Shown piece by piece: positions 1-10,238 of a DNA stretch of 64,000 bases. The stretch comes from Naegleria gruberi (taxonomy: Eukaryota). The position numbers and the translations under genes are program-made. Under the pieces are notes generated by a model. That model was not told the origin of the DNA and made no database searches. It worked only from the letters and a program-made list of their open reading frames with translations. The first letter of the stretch is position 1. Every line of letters starts with the position of its first letter. The DNA lies in assembly GCA_000004985.1 (NCBI GenBank), contig GG738872.1. One strand, written 5' to 3'.

Positions 1-367
1 ACCCAAACCCAAACCCAAACCCAAACCCAAACCCAAACCCAAACCCAAACCCAAACCCAAACCCAAACCCAAACCCAAACCCAAACCCAAACCCAAACCC
101 AAACCCAAACCCAAACCCAAACCCAAACCCAAACCCAAACCCAAACCCAAACCCAAACCCAAACCCAAACCCAAACCCAAACCCAAACCCAAACCCAAAC
201 CCAAACCCAAACCCAAACCCAAACCCAAACCCAAACCCAAACCCAAACCCAAACCCAAACCCAAACCCAAACCCAAACCCAAACCCAAACCCAAACCCAA
301 ACCCAAACCCAAACCCAAACCCAAACCCAAACCCAAACCCAAACCCAAACCCAAACCCAAACCCAAA
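1..367. repeat. Terminal telomeric repeat array (CCCAAA)n, about 61 perfect units; G-strand TTTGGG runs 5'->3' toward the left end. The window starts inside the array.
   Basis: Read directly: a perfect hexamer ACCCAA repeated without interruption from base 1 to about 367. Confidence 0.95.
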
Positions 368-474
368 AACCCAAACCTAAAAACCCAAACCCAAACCCAA
401 ACCTAAAAACCCAAACCTAAAAACCCAAACCTAAAAACCCAAACCTAAAAACCCAAACCTAAAAACCTAAAAAA
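368..474. repeat. Subtelomeric degenerate telomere-variant repeats (about CCCAAACCTAAAAA x5-6, also CCCAAAAA)
   Basis: Read directly: CCCAAA units alternate with CCTAAAAA variants and then end abruptly at TATTTAAG. Confidence 0.85.
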
Positions 475-1168
475 TATTTAAGTCCAGACCCAATGTTTCA
501 AAGTTCAAACCCTAGCCCAATTTATTGATTGTTATATCATTCGATTGTAAATGATGAGTAGAACAATGTATTATATTTAGTTTTTCAATTTATAAAATAT
601 TAACTTTGTAAATAATGTAAGATTAAAAATTTGTAAAATGAAACCATAGGAAGAATGATAATTTCAAAATCCTTTAGTGAGATTATATAGTAAATATCAT
701 CATTAACAACATTTATAATCACTTTCATATCAAATTTCAAAAGTTCAAGTCTGTAGATATAAAAGTATTGAGTGAAAAGGGAAGTAGTGAGGTACAATAG
801 GTCAACTATAACTTTTGAGTTTCTCATCAAAACATATTAAATCCTGACATGAAAATGTTCCATTTGATTAGTAAACATCGAATATCAAATTTATTTTAAC
901 TTTCATATTTAAAGATTTCTTCCCTCAATCACACATATGGTCAACTTGTATGAAAAGGTGGAAATCTTGAAAAAGGACCACCTATTGAAACTTTACCATC
1001 ATGATGTAGATGGTCTATAATGATGTACAATTCAATTTCATATCATAAGAATCAGAAATGGTACCATGGGAATGTAAATGTTGATTTTATAAAGTTGACT
1101 TTAAGGAAAGACAAGTCAGACCAACTCTATCAAATATATCACTTCAATCAATAAATTATATATGAAAA

Positions 1169-4100
1169 NNNNNNNNNNNNNNNNNNNNNNNNNNNNNNNN
1201 NNNNNNNNNNNNNNNNNNNNNNNNNNNNNNNNNNNNNNNNNNNNNNNNNNNNNNNNNNNNNNNNNNNNNNNNNNNNNNNNNNNNNNNNNNNNNNNNNNNN
1301 NNNNNNNNNNNNNNNNNNNNNNNNNNNNNNNNNNNNNNNNNNNNNNNNNNNNNNNNNNNNNNNNNNNNNNNNNNNNNNNNNNNNNNNNNNNNNNNNNNNN
1401 NNNNNNNNNNNNNNNNNNNNNNNNNNNNNNNNNNNNNNNNNNNNNNNNNNNNNNNNNNNNNNNNNNNNNNNNNNNNNNNNNNNNNNNNNNNNNNNNNNNN
1501 NNNNNNNNNNNNNNNNNNNNNNNNNNNNNNNNNNNNNNNNNNNNNNNNNNNNNNNNNNNNNNNNNNNNNNNNNNNNNNNNNNNNNNNNNNNNNNNNNNNN
1601 NNNNNNNNNNNNNNNNNNNNNNNNNNNNNNNNNNNNNNNNNNNNNNNNNNNNNNNNNNNNNNNNNNNNNNNNNNNNNNNNNNNNNNNNNNNNNNNNNNNN
1701 NNNNNNNNNNNNNNNNNNNNNNNNNNNNNNNNNNNNNNNNNNNNNNNNNNNNNNNNNNNNNNNNNNNNNNNNNNNNNNNNNNNNNNNNNNNNNNNNNNNN
1801 NNNNNNNNNNNNNNNNNNNNNNNNNNNNNNNNNNNNNNNNNNNNNNNNNNNNNNNNNNNNNNNNNNNNNNNNNNNNNNNNNNNNNNNNNNNNNNNNNNNN
1901 NNNNNNNNNNNNNNNNNNNNNNNNNNNNNNNNNNNNNNNNNNNNNNNNNNNNNNNNNNNNNNNNNNNNNNNNNNNNNNNNNNNNNNNNNNNNNNNNNNNN
2001 NNNNNNNNNNNNNNNNNNNNNNNNNNNNNNNNNNNNNNNNNNNNNNNNNNNNNNNNNNNNNNNNNNNNNNNNNNNNNNNNNNNNNNNNNNNNNNNNNNNN
2101 NNNNNNNNNNNNNNNNNNNNNNNNNNNNNNNNNNNNNNNNNNNNNNNNNNNNNNNNNNNNNNNNNNNNNNNNNNNNNNNNNNNNNNNNNNNNNNNNNNNN
2201 NNNNNNNNNNNNNNNNNNNNNNNNNNNNNNNNNNNNNNNNNNNNNNNNNNNNNNNNNNNNNNNNNNNNNNNNNNNNNNNNNNNNNNNNNNNNNNNNNNNN
2301 NNNNNNNNNNNNNNNNNNNNNNNNNNNNNNNNNNNNNNNNNNNNNNNNNNNNNNNNNNNNNNNNNNNNNNNNNNNNNNNNNNNNNNNNNNNNNNNNNNNN
2401 NNNNNNNNNNNNNNNNNNNNNNNNNNNNNNNNNNNNNNNNNNNNNNNNNNNNNNNNNNNNNNNNNNNNNNNNNNNNNNNNNNNNNNNNNNNNNNNNNNNN
2501 NNNNNNNNNNNNNNNNNNNNNNNNNNNNNNNNNNNNNNNNNNNNNNNNNNNNNNNNNNNNNNNNNNNNNNNNNNNNNNNNNNNNNNNNNNNNNNNNNNNN
2601 NNNNNNNNNNNNNNNNNNNNNNNNNNNNNNNNNNNNNNNNNNNNNNNNNNNNNNNNNNNNNNNNNNNNNNNNNNNNNNNNNNNNNNNNNNNNNNNNNNNN
2701 NNNNNNNNNNNNNNNNNNNNNNNNNNNNNNNNNNNNNNNNNNNNNNNNNNNNNNNNNNNNNNNNNNNNNNNNNNNNNNNNNNNNNNNNNNNNNNNNNNNN
2801 NNNNNNNNNNNNNNNNNNNNNNNNNNNNNNNNNNNNNNNNNNNNNNNNNNNNNNNNNNNNNNNNNNNNNNNNNNNNNNNNNNNNNNNNNNNNNNNNNNNN
2901 NNNNNNNNNNNNNNNNNNNNNNNNNNNNNNNNNNNNNNNNNNNNNNNNNNNNNNNNNNNNNNNNNNNNNNNNNNNNNNNNNNNNNNNNNNNNNNNNNNNN
3001 NNNNNNNNNNNNNNNNNNNNNNNNNNNNNNNNNNNNNNNNNNNNNNNNNNNNNNNNNNNNNNNNNNNNNNNNNNNNNNNNNNNNNNNNNNNNNNNNNNNN
3101 NNNNNNNNNNNNNNNNNNNNNNNNNNNNNNNNNNNNNNNNNNNNNNNNNNNNNNNNNNNNNNNNNNNNNNNNNNNNNNNNNNNNNNNNNNNNNNNNNNNN
3201 NNNNNNNNNNNNNNNNNNNNNNNNNNNNNNNNNNNNNNNNNNNNNNNNNNNNNNNNNNNNNNNNNNNNNNNNNNNNNNNNNNNNNNNNNNNNNNNNNNNN
3301 NNNNNNNNNNNNNNNNNNNNNNNNNNNNNNNNNNNNNNNNNNNNNNNNNNNNNNNNNNNNNNNNNNNNNNNNNNNNNNNNNNNNNNNNNNNNNNNNNNNN
3401 NNNNNNNNNNNNNNNNNNNNNNNNNNNNNNNNNNNNNNNNNNNNNNNNNNNNNNNNNNNNNNNNNNNNNNNNNNNNNNNNNNNNNNNNNNNNNNNNNNNN
3501 NNNNNNNNNNNNNNNNNNNNNNNNNNNNNNNNNNNNNNNNNNNNNNNNNNNNNNNNNNNNNNNNNNNNNNNNNNNNNNNNNNNNNNNNNNNNNNNNNNNN
3601 NNNNNNNNNNNNNNNNNNNNNNNNNNNNNNNNNNNNNNNNNNNNNNNNNNNNNNNNNNNNNNNNNNNNNNNNNNNNNNNNNNNNNNNNNNNNNNNNNNNN
3701 NNNNNNNNNNNNNNNNNNNNNNNNNNNNNNNNNNNNNNNNNNNNNNNNNNNNNNNNNNNNNNNNNNNNNNNNNNNNNNNNNNNNNNNNNNNNNNNNNNNN
3801 NNNNNNNNNNNNNNNNNNNNNNNNNNNNNNNNNNNNNNNNNNNNNNNNNNNNNNNNNNNNNNNNNNNNNNNNNNNNNNNNNNNNNNNNNNNNNNNNNNNN
3901 NNNNNNNNNNNNNNNNNNNNNNNNNNNNNNNNNNNNNNNNNNNNNNNNNNNNNNNNNNNNNNNNNNNNNNNNNNNNNNNNNNNNNNNNNNNNNNNNNNNN
4001 NNNNNNNNNNNNNNNNNNNNNNNNNNNNNNNNNNNNNNNNNNNNNNNNNNNNNNNNNNNNNNNNNNNNNNNNNNNNNNNNNNNNNNNNNNNNNNNNNNNN

Positions 4101-5508
4101 NNNNNNNNNNNNNNNNNNNNNNNNNNNNNNNNNNNNNNNNNNNNNNNNNNNNNNNNNNNNNNNNNNNNNNNNNNNNNNNNNNNNNNNNNNNNNNNNNNNN
4201 NNNNNNNNNNNNNNNNNNNNNNNNNNNNNNNNNNNNNNNNNNNNNNNNNNNNNNNNNNNNNNNNNNNNNNNNNNNNNNNNNNNNNNNNNNNNNNNNNNNN
4301 NNNNNNNNNNNNNNNNNNNNNNNNNNNNNNNNNNNNNNNNNNNNNNNNNNNNNNNNNNNNNNNNNNNNNNNNNNNNNNNNNNNNNNNNNNNNNNNNNNNN
4401 NNNNNNNNNNNNNNNNNNNNNNNNNNNNNNNNNNNNNNNNNNNNNNNNNNNNNNNNNNNNNNNNNNNNNNNNNNNNNNNNNNNNNNNNNNNNNNNNNNNN
4501 NNNNNNNNNNNNNNNNNNNNNNNNNNNNNNNNNNNNNNNNNNNNNNNNNNNNNNNNNNNNNNNNNNNNNNNNNNNNNNNNNNNNNNNNNNNNNNNNNNNN
4601 NNNNNNNNNNNNNNNNNNNNNNNNNNNNNNNNNNNNNNNNNNNNNNNNNNNNNNNNNNNNNNNNNNNNNNNNNNNNNNNNNNNNNNNNNNNNNNNNNNNN
4701 NNNNNNNNNNNNNNNNNNNNNNNNNNNNNNNNNNNNNNNNNNNNNNNNNNNNNNNNNNNNNNNNNNNNNNNNNNNNNNNNNNNNNNNNNNNNNNNNNNNN
4801 NNNNNNNNNNNNNNNNNNNNNNNNNNNNNNNNNNNNNNNNNNNNNNNNNNNNNNNNNNNNNNNNNNNNNNNNNNNNNNNNNNNNNNNNNNNNNNNNNNNN
4901 NNNNNNNNNNNNNNNNNNNNNNNNNNNNNNNNNNNNNNNNNNNNNNNNNNNNNNNNNNNNNNNNNNNNNNNNNNNNNNNNNNNNNNNNNNNNNNNNNNNN
5001 NNNNNNNNNNNNNNNNNNNNNNNNNNNNNNNNNNNNNNNNNNNNNNNNNNNNNNNNNNNNNNNNNNNNNNNNNNNNNNNNNNNNNNNNNNNNNNNNNNNN
5101 NNNNNNNNNNNNNNNNNNNNNNNNNNNNNNNNNNNNNNNNNNNNNNNNNNNNNNNNNNNNNNNNNNNNNNNNNNNNNNNNNNNNNNNNNNNNNNNNNNNN
5201 NNNNNNNNNNNNNNNNNNNNNNNNNNNNNNNNNNNNNNNNNNNNNNNNNNNNNNNNNNNNNNNNNNNNNNNNNNNNNNNNNNNNNNNNNNNNNNNNNNNN
5301 NNNNNNNNNNNNNNNNNNNNNNNNNNNNNNNNNNNNNNNNNNNNNNNNNNNNNNNNNNNNNNNNNNNNNNNNNNNNNNNNNNNNNNNNNNNNNNNNNNNN
5401 NNNNNNNNNNNNNNNNNNNNNNNNNNNNNNNNNNNNNNNNNNNNNNNNNNNNNNNNNNNNNNNNNNNNNNNNNNNNNNNNNNNNNNNNNNNNNNNNNNNN
5501 NNNNNNNN
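1169..5508. other. Assembly gap (run of N, about 4.3 kb)
   Basis: Continuous n characters. ORF-track entries 1148..5923(-) and 1162..5517(+) are artefacts of translating N. Confidence 0.99.
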
Positions 5509-5872
5509 ACTTTCTAATTTCTCTCAAAGCAACAGTACCTGGCTTATATCTATGTGGCTTTTTAGGAGTACGTGTCTTGCTAATAGTTGATGGTTGTTTT
5601 ATAGCTTTTCTTGGTGCTTTGCCTCCAGTTGATTTTCTTGTTGTTTTTCTTCTTGCTAAAATAGCAGCTTCGGAAGTATTTTTACTTTTTCTAGTATTTC
5701 CTTCGGCTAAATCGGAAGTATTGGAAGAAGAAGGAACATCTGCAGATGAAAAATTTGCAACCACATCAGAAGCGACAGTAGATGAAGAGTTTGTGGTATC
5801 AGATACCATTGAATCATCAGTAGTTTCAGTAATAGAAGAATGAGAAGTAGTATTTCCAGTGATGAGAGTCAT
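5509..5872 (-). CDS. Histone H3 variant with an about 73-aa Ser/Thr/Asp-rich N-terminal extension. It is partial: the histone-fold region is lost in the gap.
   Basis: - Start codon: a true ATG at 5872 (MTLITGNTT...).
- After the extension, the sequence reads [21 protein letters not shown]...[17 protein letters not shown].
- This matches the canonical H3 tail and alphaN region: [18 protein letters not shown]...[19 protein letters not shown].
- The frame stays open into the N run at 5509. Confidence 0.75.
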
Positions 5873-5998
5873 TTTTTTAATTTTGAAAAGGTTATTCGGA
5901 GCATCAATAATTTGTACTCTCACAAAATAACTCTTTCAAATTTTGACCATCTAAAATAATTTCTAAAAAATATTAACCAACCGACAGAACTCTCAACA

Positions 5999-6478
5999 AT
6001 GCCAAAACGATCAGTTACTAAAATCATACCAATGTATGAAAGTATCTACGATTTACCAGTTGTCATGGTTTGTATGAAAGGAGAGAAAATCTCCGATGAA
6101 GCTTTTATTAATCATTTGTATTTTCATTCGAGTGTCTTTTATCCAACCGTTAATGATTGTACCAAAACCATCAACACAATCATGCACGAACTTGAAAATG
6201 TTATAGCAATTAATGATGATTTTATTATTGATGAAATTCCAAATCCTATGGATTTAAAAGAAAAGCTCCAACTCTCAAGAAAAGCAAATAGATTAGCTAT
6301 TTATTCATTAAAGACAATGATTATGATGGAATCAAAGATGTTTAATGCTTTGTTTCAAAAGAAACCATCTATGAATCAATTAAACAAGGCTCACAAATTC
6401 CAAAATGTAATTCATTTGGAAATTGATGAAGAAGATGTTTCCGAAAATGAAATGACCATTTGGAAAAATAAAGAATAA
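5999..6478 (+). CDS. Hypothetical 159-aa protein with no recognisable domain
   Basis: ATG-initiated ORF between the H3 variant and the recombinase ORF. No motif recognised. Could be part of the same element or spurious. Confidence 0.25.
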   Translation: MPKRSVTKIIPMYESIYDLPVVMVCMKGEKISDEAFINHLYFHSSVFYPTVNDCTKTINTIMHELENVIAINDDFIIDEIPNPMDLKEKLQLSRKANRLAIYSLKTMIMMESKMFNALFQKKPSMNQLNKAHKFQNVIHLEIDEEDVSENEMTIWKNKE

Positions 6479-6537
6479 TTTTATTAATATAAATTAATAT
6501 CCTTAATAAATATTGTTTATTAATTAATTATATAAAA

Positions 6538-9303
6538 TTAATCATCAATATAGTCATCTAAAGGGTATATATAATCATTAAAGTAACGTAAAACCATACT
6601 TTCATCAACAAAGTTATCGAAAGGTTCCCATGTTGATTGTTTGTAACCATAACCTTGCCATTTTACAAGGTAATTGAAATATTTTGGTAATAAAAGATCA
6701 GAATCAATATCTATATCTTTTTCGATTAATTGATGGTCTAAAATCTCATCAACTACAAATATATCATCTGTTTGAGTATCTTGTAAATCTGAAGAATCAG
6801 CTGAAGAATCATCTGACATATCTGCCCATCTCCTTTTGGTACCTCCTTTCTTTTCCTTCTTGGATCTAAAAGAGGAACATTTCTTATATTCTTCTGGTGT
6901 CATTTTAAATTCAGAGAAGAACTTTTGCAAATCTTCAGGATTTAATGGGATGGTTACACCATCAAACCAATGATGATCTTTCAAATAACGATTCACATGT
7001 GAAACCAAATCTTCAAAAAACACATCCCTTTCTGAACTATTCCAATAACTATTTAGTAATATCTTGAATTTTGTAATAACCCGACTTTTTACCTTCCAAT
7101 AATTTTTGTTGAATTGTTTTTTATCTTCCTCTGTAACAATTTCAAGATCTGAAAATGCCATAAGAGATCTATAGATAGATCCCATGAAATTAGTAGTTTC
7201 TGTTAATGCAACCGTCTTTCCAAAAAGAAACTTCAGTTTCGGTATGTTGTCAATTAGCCAAGTCTTGCATTTGAAATCAACTCTTGTTTGTGGAAGTGAT
7301 TTTCTTTGAGAAATTATATTCTTGTTTGTTTGAGGAATATTCATAAATCCAACGCTCTCATCAATACATTCATCTCTCATAAATAGATATTTGAAAGGTA
7401 CGCAACCATTAGGATTGGATTTTCTAGATGTTATATATGAAGATGGTGACAATTCAACATTCAAAATATTATGAAAAGTAGTTTCCAATGTATCAGATGA
7501 TGAAAATCCATAATCTTGAATAGATCCTTGAACATATTGAAATATCATCTGCCGATGATGTACAGTATCTGCAAGGTACCTCTCTGGTAGTTGGTTGAAT
7601 ATTTTGAAAGCATATCTTTCATATGATTTAATTGAGCGCTTACTGACATGTCCTAGCATGAATGAAATTGCACTCTTTGTTTGCTCTTGCACAATATGGT
7701 TTCGAATAATATCAACCAACATGTTTTCTACCACAATACCAGATCTACCAGCACGTGCACAATACATGACATTTAAAATTCTCTTGGTGATATTTCTAAT
7801 ATATTCTGATATTCCATTTGAACAACATTGAGATTTAGATTGTTTTTTGAAAAATAAAAATTCTTTCACTACATCATTCTTAAATGTGAATTTACCATCT
7901 GAAATGAATTTTTCCCAATTAGAATTAAAGTTGGCAAATATCTCAGAACGAGTGTACCACAAATAATATAATAAAATGAATGATGAACAGAGAGTATGAT
8001 TCTGCTTTCCAAATATTGACACATTCCTTGATGAAGTGGTTGTACGCTTGTCTTTCTTCACTTCCATAGAAGTGTGAATAACGAACCATTTATCATCATT
8101 AAGATAATATTCAACTTTTTGAAATTTTACATCTTCAAGTCTTATCCAAATAAGAGAATCTCCTCTCATTCCAGTAGCTCGAATAACATGCATGATGGCA
8201 ACATCAGTAAGATCTTCAACTTTTGTCAAATCAGCAGCATAGGTAACTTTGTAGACCTCAGAAAACATCATTGGAGCAACTTTGTACACTTCACACCCAT
8301 ATAATCGAATCAAGCCCATTGTTGTTTGTTGAATAGCTTCCTTAAATAGAATGACTGGACTTTCACCGAATTTAGGATGTCTTTTTATGAATTTGTTCAA
8401 TCCATACACAAAGCACCCTTTCATTGTCTTATGCGAAAAACCACTAGCTCGACTGAATATCAAAAATCTAAGGTAGGTTATCTTTTCAATAGGGAATGGT
8501 TTCGGTTGAATCTTTGACCACGCTGTTTTGCCTTTGATTTGTTCTTTCCAAAACGACACATAGACAATTCCTGAATAAGCTTCAAATTGTCTAGTATTGA
8601 TATGCTTATGAAGCTTCATTACAGTGACAACCTTGGAAATATCTTCATCCAAATCATCAACAATTGTTAAATCTAAATTTGAATCAATTTCCTCATTGAA
8701 CTCTGGTCGAATAACAGCAGATTTCTTTTTTTTTGGAGTATAGCTTGCCACAAGGAGATCTTCAACATCATAATCAATTAAGCTAGCTTCCAAATTGTCA
8801 TTGATCTCTTCTAACATCTTTTCCTTCTCTTTCGGTGATGATGATTCTACATTACGAATAAGGGATTCTTTTCGAATTTCTTCATCAGTCATTTCGGGAG
8901 GGTTATCCATCTTGTTCATTCTTTCAATCTCTTGTAAAATATCTGACACAACATCCTTTTGATGCATATAAGGCTGTATCATTGTGTCTAAATCTTTAAT
9001 TGATTGAGCAACACCAATAAAATTGTTATTATGATTTAATAATGCCATTATGTGATGAAATGACTGCATAGTAAACTCAGCATCCAAACAATAAGTAACT
9101 CCGTTATAATCAACATTGATTGATTTGGAGCCAATATACTCCTTGTTGTTTAGCAAATCATTCATTTGATAAACTCGCGATGATGAGTTCTTTGATACTA
9201 AGGCGCTCTCATCCTGTTGAGTTGGTGGGAGTTCACCGGTTGGTGAATGGTTGTTGTTGGTGCAATCACTTAAATGAGAGCTTGTAGATGATGATGGAAG
9301 CAT
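6538..9303 (-). CDS. Tyrosine-recombinase-like protein (Crypton/DIRS-type YR core) with a C-terminal chromodomain, 921 aa
   Basis: - Start codon: a true ATG at 9303.
- YR box I-like segment: HVIRATGMRGDSLIWIRLEDV.
- YR box II-like segment: YCARAGRSGIVVENMLVDIIRNH...LGHVSKRSIKSYERY (LGH ... catalytic Tyr pattern).
- C-terminal segment DIFVVDEILDHQLIEK...YFNYLVKWQGYGYKQSTWEPFDNF...LRYF fits the chromodomain consensus (YxVExIL...YLVKWKGY...TWEP.N).
- No RT/RNaseH motifs are present in this ORF. Confidence 0.65.
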   Translation of the reverse strand: MLPSSSTSSHLSDCTNNNHSPTGELPPTQQDESALVSKNSSSRVYQMNDLLNNKEYIGSKSINVDYNGVTYCLDAEFTMQSFHHIMALLNHNNNFIGVAQSIKDLDTMIQPYMHQKDVVSDILQEIERMNKMDNPPEMTDEEIRKESLIRNVESSSPKEKEKMLEEINDNLEASLIDYDVEDLLVASYTPKKKKSAVIRPEFNEEIDSNLDLTIVDDLDEDISKVVTVMKLHKHINTRQFEAYSGIVYVSFWKEQIKGKTAWSKIQPKPFPIEKITYLRFLIFSRASGFSHKTMKGCFVYGLNKFIKRHPKFGESPVILFKEAIQQTTMGLIRLYGCEVYKVAPMMFSEVYKVTYAADLTKVEDLTDVAIMHVIRATGMRGDSLIWIRLEDVKFQKVEYYLNDDKWFVIHTSMEVKKDKRTTTSSRNVSIFGKQNHTLCSSFILLYYLWYTRSEIFANFNSNWEKFISDGKFTFKNDVVKEFLFFKKQSKSQCCSNGISEYIRNITKRILNVMYCARAGRSGIVVENMLVDIIRNHIVQEQTKSAISFMLGHVSKRSIKSYERYAFKIFNQLPERYLADTVHHRQMIFQYVQGSIQDYGFSSSDTLETTFHNILNVELSPSSYITSRKSNPNGCVPFKYLFMRDECIDESVGFMNIPQTNKNIISQRKSLPQTRVDFKCKTWLIDNIPKLKFLFGKTVALTETTNFMGSIYRSLMAFSDLEIVTEEDKKQFNKNYWKVKSRVITKFKILLNSYWNSSERDVFFEDLVSHVNRYLKDHHWFDGVTIPLNPEDLQKFFSEFKMTPEEYKKCSSFRSKKEKKGGTKRRWADMSDDSSADSSDLQDTQTDDIFVVDEILDHQLIEKDIDIDSDLLLPKYFNYLVKWQGYGYKQSTWEPFDNFVDESMVLRYFNDYIYPLDDYIDD

Positions 9304-9393
9304 TTTTTTGAGAGAAAATCCCCGAAATTTCCATTAAGGCAACTTTACAAAGTGAGCCCTCTTTGAGTATTCATAAATATAGGCAATTATCGT

Positions 9394-9420
9394 GCAAGAA
9401 GGCCTTTGTGGCCTTCCTGC
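9394..9420. repeat. Imperfect palindrome / hairpin: GCAAGAAGGCC - TTTGT - GGCCTTCCTGC (10 of 11 positions pair)
   Basis: Read directly. Sits about 90-120 bp upstream of the ATG of the recombinase ORF (minus strand). Confidence 0.6.
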
Positions 9421-9705
9421 ATCAATATCTCATCCAAGTAATAATATTTATATATATAAAATTGGCAAACAGCATTCAATTTATTCAAATATTGATGTAG
9501 ACAGGTAAAAATGTCAATAATGTCATTTTTTTTACCTTACTGAAAAATGACCTGTTTTTGAAAAGCTCCCATTCAATGAGTTCAGTGAATTAGAACTGAA
9601 TTTCTGTACGATAATGTAGTAATTGAAGTCTATTACGATATCTGAAAAATTCAATATCCCAATATTTAAACAACAAATCTGGGTAATGTAATTAGCCTGC
9701 AGTCT

Positions 9706-9731
9706 CCCAAACCCAAACCCAAACCCAAACC
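9706..9731. repeat. Interstitial telomeric repeat, (CCCAAA)x4.3, same orientation as the terminal array
   Basis: Read directly: cccaaacccaaacccaaacccaaacc. It is immediately followed, in frame, by homology to the receptor cyclase-like family. Confidence 0.9.
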
Positions 9732-10238
9732 TATTGCTCGCCTATTAGAAGAACACTATGGAACTAGTTTGAATATTAAATGCAATACCAAGTATTTAAT
9801 TTCATCAGAAACTGATTACATTTCAATTTACAGATTATATACAGATACTGATGTTGATTGGTAAGTAACCTAAACGAGTTAGATATAATAATTGTTCAAA
9901 ATAGGTTGTTTGTGTTAGCAGTTCCTCAATGGAATTACATTAGGTCAATTGTTATTGCTGTAATTTGTGCTATTGTTGGTGCCACATTCATTGTCACAAC
10001 AGGTGTAGCCATTTCCATCTTCATTTCAGTCAGATTAGTGAAACCATTTTACAATTTGATTGATTTATTCGAAAGTGTCTCTCATATGGATTTGGATAAT
10101 TTAGAAATTCATGATTCCAAATTTACAGAAGTGAAACAGTTACAAACTCATTTCAAAACCATGACAGACAGAATCAAACTTTACAGAGCTTTCATACCAT
10201 CACATTTACAAGTAATTTTGTCTCATTCATTTTATTAA
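9732..10238 (+). pseudogene. Truncated relic of a receptor-type cyclase-homology family gene: only the juxtamembrane/TM/linker portion, in 2 exons (9732..9860 and 9905..10238, with a 44-nt GTAAGT...TAG intron)
   Basis: - The fragment translates as ...LEEHYGTSLNIKCNTKYLISSETDYISIYRLYTDTDVDW|LFVLAVPQWNYIRS...VKPFYNLIDLFESVSHMDLD...RIKLYRAFIPSHLQ.
- It matches the paralog at 14687..15973: LDHYSNDWTKITCNEMQVLERSGQYISIYRLCTSSKIDWILVLSVPQWNY...VKPFYNLIELFESVANMDLD...RIKLYKSFIPAHLL.
- It also matches the paralog at 53385..55883.
- The N-terminal ectodomain exons are missing, and there is no room downstream for the cyclase domain. Confidence 0.6.

Larger units (their letters stand above)
475..9705. 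mobile_element. Candidate telomere-associated element or distal added segment. Bounded by the terminal telomere array on the left and an interstitial telomere repeat on the right. Carries the YR-chromodomain ORF and the H3 variant.
   Basis: Inferred from layout: telomere - 9.2 kb block - (CCCAAA)4 in the same orientation. The block contains a recombinase gene. Ends and TIRs are not defined, and 4.3 kb is unsequenced. Confidence 0.3.

Noticed and set aside
1148-5923. 1,591-aa and 1,451-aa ORF-track entries spanning 1148-5923 on both strands
   Set aside because: They consist almost entirely of X translated from the N gap. Only the 5509-5872 minus-strand portion (H3 variant N-terminus) is real sequence.
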